A program made the position numbers and the translations under genes. From Parvularculaceae bacterium (lineage in GTDB: Bacteria; Pseudomonadota; Alphaproteobacteria; Caulobacterales; Parvularculaceae): 64,000 nt of DNA. Positions 1 to 8,311 of the stretch are shown here, piece by piece. The notes beneath the pieces are model-generated. The model ran no database searches. It saw only the letters and a program-made list of their open reading frames with translations, and was not told the origin of the DNA. Positions within the stretch are counted from its first letter, which is position 1. Each line of letters opens with the position of its first letter. The stretch covers positions 120 to 64,119 of the forward strand of contig JBGTLL010000181.1 of assembly GCA_041744115.1 (NCBI GenBank), in the 5' to 3' direction.

Positions 1-598
1 GCGCATGCGCCGCGCCGCAAAACTCCGTACACTGCCCGCGATAGACGCCGGGCGCATCCGCCTGCAACCGCAAGACATTGGTGCGGCCAGGAATCAGGTC
101 GAGTTTGCGCCCGAGCCGGGGGGCCCAGAAACTGTGAATGACGTCCGCGGACTCTAATGAGATCGCAACCGGGCGCCCGACCGGAATGCGGATTTCGTTC
201 GCCGTTTCAAACGCCGCCTGCCCGTCCTCTGAATAGGCAATCCGCCACCACCACATTTCTCCGACAACGCTGATCGCAAGATCGCCCGGCTCGGGCGACG
301 ACTGAACCCGCGCCGTTGTCCACAAGCCGTAGACAAGCGCGGCGCTGAGGACGATGACCGGAAACGCGAAGCCGAGGATCAGGACCATGCGGGCGCCGCC
401 CAAAAAGCGTTTGGCCCGGCCGCTGAAGAGGGCAAGGGCGAGGGCGGCGATGACGATGGCGAAGACAACGCCGGCCATGGCGAACATCGCCCACGATATT
501 TCGGCGAGCGGGGCGGCAAACGGCCCGGCGGGATCGAGCGCGGGCGGCGGCCAGGAATTCCCGCCTTCTGCAAGGTCCCGCAATCCCGAAGGCGCCAT
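1..598 (-). CDS. coxB: Cytochrome c oxidase subunit II (partial, runs off the left edge)
   Basis: Not in the ORF track; translated by hand from ATG 598. Two TM segments, then GEMWWW, SADVIHSFWAP and the CuA motif GQCTEFCGAAHA at the window edge. Confidence 0.93.
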   Translation of the reverse strand, partial: MAPSGLRDLAEGGNSWPPPALDPAGPFAAPLAEISWAMFAMAGVVFAIVIAALALALFSGRAKRFLGGARMVLILGFAFPVIVLSAALVYGLWTTARVQSSPEPGDLAISVVGEMWWWRIAYSEDGQAAFETANEIRIPVGRPVAISLESADVIHSFWAPRLGRKLDLIPGRTNVLRLQADAPGVYRGQCTEFCGAAHA

Positions 599-619
599 TG
601 TTGTCCCCTAAACCCGTCC

Positions 620-647
620 GGAACACATCGGCCGCAGCCGCTGTTCC
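620..647. promoter_or_regulatory. Palindromic bidirectional EcfG/sigmaT-like promoter
   Basis: GGAACA-N16-TGTTCC reads GGAAC-N17-TGTT on both strands, between divergent coxB and the c4 gene. ECF15 consensus is GGAAC-N16/17-CGTT. Confidence 0.6.
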
Positions 648-653
648 AGTTCG

Positions 654-1271
654 ATGGCGATGAACCCCATTGCGGCCGGGATCGTTCTGCTGCTCGCTTC
701 GTGCGGGGGCCCGGTGCGCGACCGCCCGTCTCCGTCGGGCGCGTTGATCGCCGTCGGCGGCGGGCCGGGCGGCCCGCAGGACGCCTGCTTTGCCTGCCAT
801 GGCTTTGCCGGCGAAGGCGAGGGGCTCACTCCACGGCTGGCGGGGCTCGGCCGCGGCTATCTTGCAAAACAGCTCCATGACTACGCCGAAGGCCGCCGGC
901 CCGATCCCGTCATGGGACCGATTGCCGAAAGACTGAGCGACGGCGACCGGCGGGCGGTTTCCGACTATTACGCCAGCCGCGACGCGCTTCGTCCGGCGGC
1001 CCTCGCGCAGCCGAACCGTCTCTATCATCAGGGCGACACGTCGCGCGGCATTCGGGCGTGTGCGGACTGTCACGGCGGCGCGGCGGAAGGCAAGGGGTCG
1101 TCCAATCCCGCGCTTGCTTTGCAGCCGGCCGCCTACACGGCGGAGCAATTGCGGCGCTGGAAACGGAGTGTCCGCCGCAACGATGCGCGCGATGTCATGG
1201 GCGCTTCGGCGCGCCGGTTGACCGACGCGGAAATCGAACGCCTCGCTGAATATCTGGAACAGAAGGGATGA
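654..1271 (+). CDS. Di-heme cytochrome c4/c553-type lipoprotein
   Basis: Two CxxCH motifs (CFACH, CADCH); lipobox-like LLLASC. Confidence 0.9.
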   Translation: MAMNPIAAGIVLLLASCGGPVRDRPSPSGALIAVGGGPGGPQDACFACHGFAGEGEGLTPRLAGLGRGYLAKQLHDYAEGRRPDPVMGPIAERLSDGDRRAVSDYYASRDALRPAALAQPNRLYHQGDTSRGIRACADCHGGAAEGKGSSNPALALQPAAYTAEQLRRWKRSVRRNDARDVMGASARRLTDAEIERLAEYLEQKG

Positions 1272-2212
1272 AATTTTTCCTGCTCTTGTTCCTGCTTCTT
1301 GCATTTGCAGGCAAAGCGTATGCGCATTCTACCGGATTGCCGGTCGGCCCGTTCGACATCTGGCATCACTGGAATTTCGACGCATGGATCGTCGCCCCTC
1401 TGATTTTACTGCATTGGCTGTACGGCAAAGGAGTCTTCCGCCTGTGGGCGCGCGCCGGCGCCGGGCGCGGCGTCGCGAGGTGGCGCGTTGCGAGTTTTGC
1501 GGCGGGCGAAATCATCCTCGCGACCGCACTCATCTCGCCGCTGGACGCGCTTGGCGAGTCGCTCCTCTCGGCGCACATGGTTCAGCATATTCTGCTGACG
1601 GCGGTCGCGCCGCCTTTGCTGGTCCTTGGCGCGCCGGTAACGGCGCTGACCTGGGCGCTGCCGCCCGCCTGGCGTTATGTCGCGCGGGCGCCGGCTCTGC
1701 AAATGTTGAACAAGCTATGGAGCGCGCTGACGCGGCCGCTGACCGCGACAGCGCTGCACGCGGCGGCGCTCTGGATCTGGCACGCGCCGGCGCCGTTCGA
1801 CGCGGCAATCCGCAACGAGACGCTGCACACGCTTGAACACGCCTGTTTTCTTGGAACGGCGCTGCTGTTCTGGTCGGCGATGCTTCGGCGCGCGACGGCG
1901 AAGGCGCTCGCCGCCTTTTTGGTCGCGATCATTTTCGTTCAAAGCGGCCTTCTCGGCGCGATTCTCACCCTTGCGCCCGCGCCGCTTTATCTCGCGTATG
2001 AAAATCGGAGCCTCCTATGGGGCGCAACAGCGCTGGAGGACCAGCAGCTCGCGGGGCTGTTCATGTGGGCGCCGGCAAGCCTTTGCTATATGGCCGCCTT
2101 CATTGTCTTTGCCTCGCGCGCGTTCAATGGCGGCGTGTCGGAACCATCACGCTCGTCGCGCGAGAGCCACGGAATCATCCGCCCGACGACGTTATCGCGA
2201 TCGATGAAATAA
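1268..2212 (+). CDS. caa3-type cytochrome c oxidase assembly protein (CtaG-like membrane protein)
   Basis: Multi-TM protein with SPLDALG, SAHMVQH, WIWH, LEH and DQQLAG motifs; ATGA overlap with the c4 gene. Confidence 0.85.
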   Translation: MKFFLLLFLLLAFAGKAYAHSTGLPVGPFDIWHHWNFDAWIVAPLILLHWLYGKGVFRLWARAGAGRGVARWRVASFAAGEIILATALISPLDALGESLLSAHMVQHILLTAVAPPLLVLGAPVTALTWALPPAWRYVARAPALQMLNKLWSALTRPLTATALHAAALWIWHAPAPFDAAIRNETLHTLEHACFLGTALLFWSAMLRRATAKALAAFLVAIIFVQSGLLGAILTLAPAPLYLAYENRSLLWGATALEDQQLAGLFMWAPASLCYMAAFIVFASRAFNGGVSEPSRSSRESHGIIRPTTLSRSMK

Positions 2213-2799
2213 TGTTTCAGCGCGGCGCCGACATGCATCGCGACGAGCGCCATCATCAGCCACACAAAGACAAGATGCGCAGTTTCGGCGGACTGTTCGA
2301 GCTCAGCGCGGTTGACGAATTCAAGGTCCGCGACATAAGGCAGTCGCGGCAACTGAAATCCCCACGGCAACGCAATCCCCGGACCCGGCGCCGCCGCCGA
2401 GAGCATCACCCAGCCGGACAAAGGCAAGGCGAACATCAGGACGTAAAGCCCGAGATGCGTCGCCTCCGCGGCGCGCTTTTGCCAGCCCGGCAAATCCTCC
2501 GGTTTTTCGAGATCGGGGAGAATGAACCGGGCGATGACACGCCAGCCCGCCCGCATGAACGCCAGCGCCATGATCGAAACCCCGATCAGCGCGTGAACGC
2601 CGTAGGCGTCGAGCTTGTCATGGCTCGGCGGCAAGGTCGAAATCCGCCATCCCCACCACAATTGCACGAAGACGAGCGCCGTCATCGACCAGTGAAACGC
2701 GATGCCGATCGGATGATAATGCGGCCTCGTTGCGCCCTCGTCTTTTGGCGCATCGAAGAGGCGCGCCAGGGCGCTGAAATTCATCGCGCTGAAATTCAT
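2086..2799 (-). CDS. Cytochrome b561-family di-heme membrane protein
   Basis: IAFHW, HALIG, THLGLY and HVGAALKH heme-His pattern. Start moved from the ORF-track 2952 to ATG 2799 (or 2784), downstream of an EcfG-like promoter. Confidence 0.85.
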   Translation of the reverse strand: MNFSAMNFSALARLFDAPKDEGATRPHYHPIGIAFHWSMTALVFVQLWWGWRISTLPPSHDKLDAYGVHALIGVSIMALAFMRAGWRVIARFILPDLEKPEDLPGWQKRAAEATHLGLYVLMFALPLSGWVMLSAAAPGPGIALPWGFQLPRLPYVADLEFVNRAELEQSAETAHLVFVWLMMALVAMHVGAALKHYFIDRDNVVGRMIPWLSRDERDGSDTPPLNAREAKTMKAAI

Positions 2800-2871
2800 C
2801 GATTGCGCCAAAGGGATCTCAAGTGAACACGGCTTCGCTAACCCGCCGCCGTTCGTCTTCGTCAGTGCGCC

Positions 2872-2896
2872 AACAGCCGCGGCGTGCGCCGGTTCC
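2872..2896 (-). promoter_or_regulatory. EcfG-like promoter for cytochrome b561
   Basis: Minus strand reads GGAAC-N16-TGTT. Confidence 0.5.
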
Positions 2897-2996
2897 TTTT
2901 TTTGCAGAACCGCCGCGCCCTGAAAATTTAATGGAGTCGATAGGCGAACCATCCCCGGCAGCGTGGGTTATCTCTTTGCCAACATAGGAGATTGGA

Positions 2997-3158
2997 ATGA
3001 CGGACCCGAAAAATCGCCAGAGTCAGGACCCGCAACGTCCGGACGGCCCGGAAGGCCGCAACAACAAACCCGATCAGGGCGGCAGACAGCGCGCCCAGGG
3101 CGAAGACAATCAGGACGATCATCGCCAAAAAGCGCCAGACGAAGATCTGGAAGAGTAG
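2997..3158 (+). CDS. Small 53-aa hydrophilic protein (MTDPKNRQSQDPQ...EDLEE)
   Basis: AGGAG RBS at 2986-2990, 6 nt before the ATG; below the ORF-track cutoff; polar/charged composition. Confidence 0.55.
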   Translation: MTDPKNRQSQDPQRPDGPEGRNNKPDQGGRQRAQGEDNQDDHRQKAPDEDLEE

Positions 3159-3394
3159 TGCAACGCGGCGAGGCGACGTGTTGATTGCGTCGCCACAGAT
3201 CGAGGGCAATCCGGATCAAGGTCCGGATTGTCTTCTTTCCGCCGGCCGCGACCCGCGGCCGGCAAGCCCGGCAGTCAGTTTGCGGATTTTCGTTTCCTGG
3301 ATCGTGCTGACGCTATGTCTCGTTGCCGCAGCCTCGCCGGCCTGGGGCTCGGCGTTCTTCGGCGCGGGGCCGACCTTTAATGATATTCTGATTC

Positions 3395-4612
3395 TCAATA
3401 TCTGCGGCTTTCCAAGGGCGAGGGCTTAAGGTCTTCACTCTGTAGCGGAGCGTTTCTGTCCAAAATGTCCGCCGAAATATCGGCGGCGCGGCTCACCCCC
3501 GTCAGCGCCATCGCGACTTTCATTTCTTCGCGGAAGGCGGCGAGAAGGCGTCTCAGCCCGCCTTCGCCGCGCGCGGCGATCGCCCACACCCAGGGGCGGC
3601 CGATCATCGCGAATTTCGCGCCGCGGGCGAGCGCCTTGACCACATCAAGCCCGCTTCTGACGCCGCCATCGACAATGATCTCGACGCGCGCGCCAACCGC
3701 TTCAGCGACGCGCGGCGTCATCGCGATCGACGAGCAGGCGCCGTCGAGCTGGCGCCCGCCATGGTTCGAGACGATGACGGCGTCGGCCCCGGCGTTCGCC
3801 GCGGCGATTGCGTCTTCCGGCGACAGCACGCCCTTGATGATGAGTTTGCCGCGCCACTCCCTTCGCAGCCATTCGATGTCTTTCCAGGTGACCCCGGGGT
3901 CGAACTGGCTATCGACCCAGGTCTTGAAATCGGCCGGCGTCGTCGCTTTTGGCACATACGCCGCGAGGTTCCCGAAGATGTGCGGCTTTCCTTCGACCCC
4001 GACATCGTAAGTCCAGGCAGGATGCAGGAGATAGGAGACCAGCCCGCCGCGAAGTTTGCCCCAGCGTCCGCCGCCGCCCGACATCCCGTTCCTGACATCG
4101 CGGTAGCGCGCGCCGACGACCGCGAGATCGACGGTAAAAACCAGAGTCGCGCAGCCGACGGCGGTTGCGCGCTTGAGCAGCTCGCTGACGGCGCCGCGAT
4201 CGCGCAGCATATAGAGCTGGAACCAGAACGGCCGCGTCGCCGCTTTGGCGACTTCTTCAAGCGAACAGATTGAAACAGTCGACAGGCAGAACGGAACGCC
4301 GGCCGCTTCGGCGGCTCTGACCGCCTGCGTTTCCGCCCTTCGCGCCATCATCCCGCCAAGGCCGATCGGCGCGAGGCCGACCGGCATTGCACATTTCTCG
4401 CCGAGAATTTCCGTCGCCAGGTCGAGTTTTGACACATCGCGCATGACGCGCTGCTTCAGCCGCAATTTCCTGAAATCGGCGACATTGGCGGCGAGCGTCG
4501 TCTCGTCACCGGCGCCGCCATCGACATAATCGAACAGAAAGCGCGGCAGCCGCCGCTCAGCGAGCCGCCGGTAATCCTCAGTTGACGCAGGCGCAAGACG
4601 CAGGGTCGGCAT
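3395..4612 (-). CDS. lldD: FMN-dependent L-lactate dehydrogenase (alpha-hydroxy acid dehydrogenase)
   Basis: FDYVDGGA, WFQLY, SNHGGRQLD and DGGVRSGLD motifs. Confidence 0.9.
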   Translation of the reverse strand: MPTLRLAPASTEDYRRLAERRLPRFLFDYVDGGAGDETTLAANVADFRKLRLKQRVMRDVSKLDLATEILGEKCAMPVGLAPIGLGGMMARRAETQAVRAAEAAGVPFCLSTVSICSLEEVAKAATRPFWFQLYMLRDRGAVSELLKRATAVGCATLVFTVDLAVVGARYRDVRNGMSGGGGRWGKLRGGLVSYLLHPAWTYDVGVEGKPHIFGNLAAYVPKATTPADFKTWVDSQFDPGVTWKDIEWLRREWRGKLIIKGVLSPEDAIAAANAGADAVIVSNHGGRQLDGACSSIAMTPRVAEAVGARVEIIVDGGVRSGLDVVKALARGAKFAMIGRPWVWAIAARGEGGLRRLLAAFREEMKVAMALTGVSRAADISADILDRNAPLQSEDLKPSPLESRRY

Positions 4613-4709
4613 CGCTCATCGGGATCGGGTCGCCTTGATTCATGTCAAGGCCGCCGTCCCCCTGTAAATCCGTCAGGCGGCGTTGCGCAACCCGCCGAGC
4701 GTTTGGGTG

Positions 4710-4744
4710 GCGGCGCCGTGTCGGGAAGGACGACAAGGCGCCGC
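4710..4744. terminator. GC-rich hairpin just downstream of TBDR1
   Basis: GCGGCGCC/GGCGCCGC stem with an inner TGTCG/CGACA pairing; no clear U-tract. Confidence 0.45.
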
Positions 4745-4760
4745 TCCTGGTTCAGGGCGG

Positions 4761-7055
4761 TCAGAAATCGTATCCGACGCTGAAGACAATCGAGCGCCCG
4801 AATATCGGTCTGCCGTTCGGCGCGGTCGGATTGCGCGGATCGCCCTCGGTGATGCCATGCGAGTCGTTCAGATTATCCGCGTGAACCTGGAAGAACAGGC
4901 CCGAGTCATGATTGAGGAGGAGGCCAAGATCGACCTTCTGATAGGCCGGCAAATCGACCGTGTTGGCATTGTCGCCGAAGCGATCGCCGACAAAAGTCGC
5001 CGCGCCGTAAAGCGTCGCCTCGAGAGAGCCGATCGTCGTGGTGTAGGCTGGCGATATCCTCGCCTGGAATCTCGGCTGGCGAAGCACCTGGTTGCCGATG
5101 TCCGTTATCGTCGTCGAATCGGTGATTTCCGCATCCTGCCATGTGCCGAGGAAACCGAGCGAGAACGGTCCGTAAGTGATCGCGCCGTCGAGTTCAACGC
5201 CATAGGCGCGTGTCGTGAAGGCGGACGCGGGAACGGCGCTGCCGACCACGGAATTGAAGGCGTCATTCGTGTTGTAGAAGAATGTCGCGTAGAGATTGAG
5301 CCACTCGCCGGCGTATTTGATCCCGCCTTCGGCCTGCCTGACGCCATCGACATTGGGCCGTCCTTCGCGAATGTCGTCAAAATGCGGGAACAGGAATCCC
5401 TTCGTATACCGCGCGAAGACGCCGAGATCGTCGGTCAGATCGTAATTGCCGGCGAACGTGTAGGCCCATTCGCTGCCCGAAACGTTTTGCGACGAATCGA
5501 GCACACCGTCTGCGAAACTTGTCCCCGGCGCGCTGAAGTCGACCAGATAGTCGAGGTGGATCCATTCGTGCCGCGCGCCGAGATCGAGCCGGAACCGGTC
5601 GGTCGCCTGCCATGAATCGGCGAGATAGATCGCTTCGGCGCGTGCGCCGCCGTCAGACTGAAGGCCAAACAAAAATCCCGCGTCGCCGCCGGCGGCGGCA
5701 ATATCGGCGGGCGTGATCGACGCATCAAGCGGCTCTCCGTTCTGGATATTCTGGACGGGAATCGGATTGCCGAGCAGCCAGAAATCGTCGGAAGACCATT
5801 TCGCCCGGTAATAGCCGAGGGTCACATCATGCGTATCAAAGAACGTCTTGTTAAGGCTGAGATCGTTGATCAGCGCATCGAGGTCTTTCTGGACGACCCA
5901 GTGCCCGTAGGTCTGCACGAAATCCGTCGGCGCGAGCGTCGCGCCGCTTGCGGTCATCACCGGTCCGCCGATGACGCCGCTGAGCGCCGCCGCCGTGATC
6001 GCGTTGCCGGACGGAACGAAGCCGTAAGTGTCGGCGTCGCCGGTCATATAGGTGAACTGGTCTCGGATCGTGACGCCGCCGCCCAAATCGTACTCGCCGC
6101 TGCCGCCGGCGACGACGCCCTTCCAGCCGCGGCCGTCCGCGAAATCGAACTCCGTGGTGGCGCCGCCCGGAGCGACCTGAAGCGTCCTGAACCTTGTCGC
6201 GTTGCCGAGCTGCGCGAATTCGCCGAGATCGTTGCCGGCATTGAGCGCCATCGGCAGGACCCATTGGCCGCTATCGTCAGTATAGCGACCATAGACGTTG
6301 ATCGTGCCGCGCTCCAGCTCCTTGGTCAGATTGGTCGTGATCTGCCAGCCCTCCTCGGACTTGAACTCAGTGTCGCGCAATCCGTCCGACTGCCGGTAAT
6401 ATCCGCCGACCATGTAGTAGAATTCATTGCCGAGGGGACCGCTGACGACGCCGTCGACGCGATGGGCGCCATAATCGCCATAGGAATATTTGGCGCGGCC
6501 TTCGGTCACGTCGCCGCCCTCCTTCAGATTGAAGTTGACGGTGAGGCCAGGCTCGCCCTTGCCGAATACCGAGTTCGGGCCGCCGCGAAGACCCTCGACG
6601 CTCGCAATCGTCTCATCGACGCGGAAGATCGAGGTTTGCTCGAAGAAGGACAGCATCTCGGTGCCGTAAATCGGCGAACCGTTGATCGCCAGGGTGACGA
6701 AAGGCGCGTCGCTTCCCCCGGGAAGTCCGCGCACGTCGATATTGGCGCCGGCGACGCCGGCCGAGCTTTCCGACCAGACGCCCGGAATCGCCTTCAGCAG
6801 ATCCGCCGTGCTCGCCGGCGAGAATTTGGTGATTTCTTCCGGGTCGATCGTTGTCACCGCGAAGCTGGCGTCCTGGCGATTGGCGCCGCCGCCGCCCGGC
6901 GTGCCGATGACGACGATTTCATCGACCGATTCGGCGGCCGCATCCGCGTCCTGCGCGGCGGCCGGAAATGCGCACAGCGCCGCGGCGCACGTTGCGCTGA
7001 AGAGTTGAAGGCGCAACGACGGCGCGGCGCTGCGGTAATTGGCTGATTTTTTCAT
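4761..7055 (-). CDS. TonB-dependent receptor (TBDR1)
   Basis: Signal peptide, TonB box DEIVVIG, plug motif VEGLRGGPNS, C-terminal GYDF. Start MKKSANY with GGAGG RBS. Confidence 0.95.
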   Translation of the reverse strand: MKKSANYRSAAPSLRLQLFSATCAAALCAFPAAAQDADAAAESVDEIVVIGTPGGGGANRQDASFAVTTIDPEEITKFSPASTADLLKAIPGVWSESSAGVAGANIDVRGLPGGSDAPFVTLAINGSPIYGTEMLSFFEQTSIFRVDETIASVEGLRGGPNSVFGKGEPGLTVNFNLKEGGDVTEGRAKYSYGDYGAHRVDGVVSGPLGNEFYYMVGGYYRQSDGLRDTEFKSEEGWQITTNLTKELERGTINVYGRYTDDSGQWVLPMALNAGNDLGEFAQLGNATRFRTLQVAPGGATTEFDFADGRGWKGVVAGGSGEYDLGGGVTIRDQFTYMTGDADTYGFVPSGNAITAAALSGVIGGPVMTASGATLAPTDFVQTYGHWVVQKDLDALINDLSLNKTFFDTHDVTLGYYRAKWSSDDFWLLGNPIPVQNIQNGEPLDASITPADIAAAGGDAGFLFGLQSDGGARAEAIYLADSWQATDRFRLDLGARHEWIHLDYLVDFSAPGTSFADGVLDSSQNVSGSEWAYTFAGNYDLTDDLGVFARYTKGFLFPHFDDIREGRPNVDGVRQAEGGIKYAGEWLNLYATFFYNTNDAFNSVVGSAVPASAFTTRAYGVELDGAITYGPFSLGFLGTWQDAEITDSTTITDIGNQVLRQPRFQARISPAYTTTIGSLEATLYGAATFVGDRFGDNANTVDLPAYQKVDLGLLLNHDSGLFFQVHADNLNDSHGITEGDPRNPTAPNGRPIFGRSIVFSVGYDF

Positions 7056-7153
7056 GTATTCCTCCCTTGGCGCGGTTTCTGTCTCCGGCTCCCTCGCAAG
7101 CGTTGGGCGGAGAGCAGCAGCGCCTGCGAGGATAGTCGCCCGACTCAAATTTA

Positions 7154-7170
7154 TGCGCAATCGATTGCCA
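7154..7170. promoter_or_regulatory. LacI-type operator upstream of TBDR1
   Basis: TGCGCAATCGATTGCCA contains the perfect palindrome GCAATCGATTGC with a central CG; identical copy at 9966-9982. Confidence 0.75.
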
Positions 7171-7216
7171 TGGAGTTTGCAGAAATTGGGCCCCCATGAT
7201 GTCGGATTGCAACGAT

Positions 7217-7253
7217 TCTTGCGCAGTCTTGCGCGTTCTTGCGCCTCTTGCGC
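7217..7253. repeat. Four TCTTGCGC direct repeats in helical phase
   Basis: Copies start at 7217, 7227, 7237 and 7246. Confidence 0.8.
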
Positions 7254-7261
7254 AACCTGCG

Positions 7262-8305
7262 TTACTGTTCGCCGCAAGAACGCCGCACGATCAGTTCCGT
7301 CGGCAAGGTGATGTCGCGCGCCGGCTCGCCGTTGATCAGCCTCAACAAGTTTTCGACCAGCGCCCTTCCGCCTTTTGTCGTATCCTGCCGGATCGTCGTC
7401 AGCGCCGGTGTTACATAGGCGCCAAGCGCGATGTCGTCATAGCCGATAACGGCGACGTCTTCCGGAACCCGGATGCCCAGATCGGCGAGCGCCTGCATGG
7501 CGGCGATGGCGAGGACGTCGCTTGCCGCGAAAAGCGCATCGTGTTTTGGCCCGGATTGAAAAAGGCCGTGTGCGGCCTGATACGCCGAGGCGCTGTCAAA
7601 CGGCATCGACAGGGTCAACGCTTCTCGCGACGGCTCGCCTGCTGCGGCGAGAGCTTCCAGGCAGCCGCGGCGGCGCAATCCGATTTCGACGTGGCGGATG
7701 TCGCCGAGAAAAATAAACCGCCGACGTCCTTGCGCCAGCAAGTGGCGGCCAGCGAGCCTCCCGCCGAGCAAATTGTTGCTGCCGACGACACAATAGGTGC
7801 GATCCGGTATCTGGGCGCCCCAGACCACCATGTTCTTGTGCAGCGCGCCATAACTTGCAAGCGCTTCTGGGTCGCGCCCCTGACCGATGATGATGACGCC
7901 GTCCGCGCGATTTGATGCGAGGGCGTCGGCGCCTTCCTCGTCGCTCCAGGGGCTGGCGCGCGAGAGCAGCATGTCAAAACCGCTCTCGGCGAGCGCATCG
8001 CCAATCGCCGCGATAATCTGGCTGAAAAACGGATCGGAGAAATGCTGGCGGTTTGTGTCCGAAATGGCGATGATGACCTCGATCGTCCGCGATTGTCTTG
8101 TCCGAAGGCTGCGCGCGCGCGTGTTGACGCGGTAACCGCTTTCCGAAACCAGTTGCCGGATTCTGGCCTTTGTTTCGGCCGAGACGCGATTGCTGCCGGC
8201 GAGCGCCCGCGACACTGTCGATTCGGCGACTCCCGCGAGTTTGGCGATTTCCGCCATGGTGCTGGCGCGGGCGCCTGGCGTCCCGCTGTCCTTCGGAACG
8301 GGCAT
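7262..8305 (-). CDS. LacI-family transcriptional regulator (PUL1)
   Basis: MAEIAKLAGVAESTVSRAL HTH, canonical hinge YRVNTRARSL, PALTTIRQD. Confidence 0.95.
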   Translation of the reverse strand: MPVPKDSGTPGARASTMAEIAKLAGVAESTVSRALAGSNRVSAETKARIRQLVSESGYRVNTRARSLRTRQSRTIEVIIAISDTNRQHFSDPFFSQIIAAIGDALAESGFDMLLSRASPWSDEEGADALASNRADGVIIIGQGRDPEALASYGALHKNMVVWGAQIPDRTYCVVGSNNLLGGRLAGRHLLAQGRRRFIFLGDIRHVEIGLRRRGCLEALAAAGEPSREALTLSMPFDSASAYQAAHGLFQSGPKHDALFAASDVLAIAAMQALADLGIRVPEDVAVIGYDDIALGAYVTPALTTIRQDTTKGGRALVENLLRLINGEPARDITLPTELIVRRSCGEQ

Positions 8306-8311
8306 CGGCGC

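Noticed and set aside
207-1304. 365-aa minus-strand ORF
   Set aside because: Arg/Ala/Pro-rich shadow overlapping the c4 gene and lying out of frame over coxB.
2771-2800. 15-bp tandem duplication giving MNFSA-MNFSA at the cytochrome b561 start
   Set aside because: Real, but it only creates two alternative ATGs; no further significance is supportable.
2928-3219. Hydrophobic minus-strand ORFs
   Set aside because: Antisense to the 53-aa ORF that has the RBS; the hydrophobicity is the mirror of its polar codons.
5829-7046. 405-aa plus-strand ORF, and similar long antisense ORFs such as 35331-36368, 41677-42726 and 47857-49350
   Set aside because: Antisense shadows of well-supported genes, expected in high-GC DNA.
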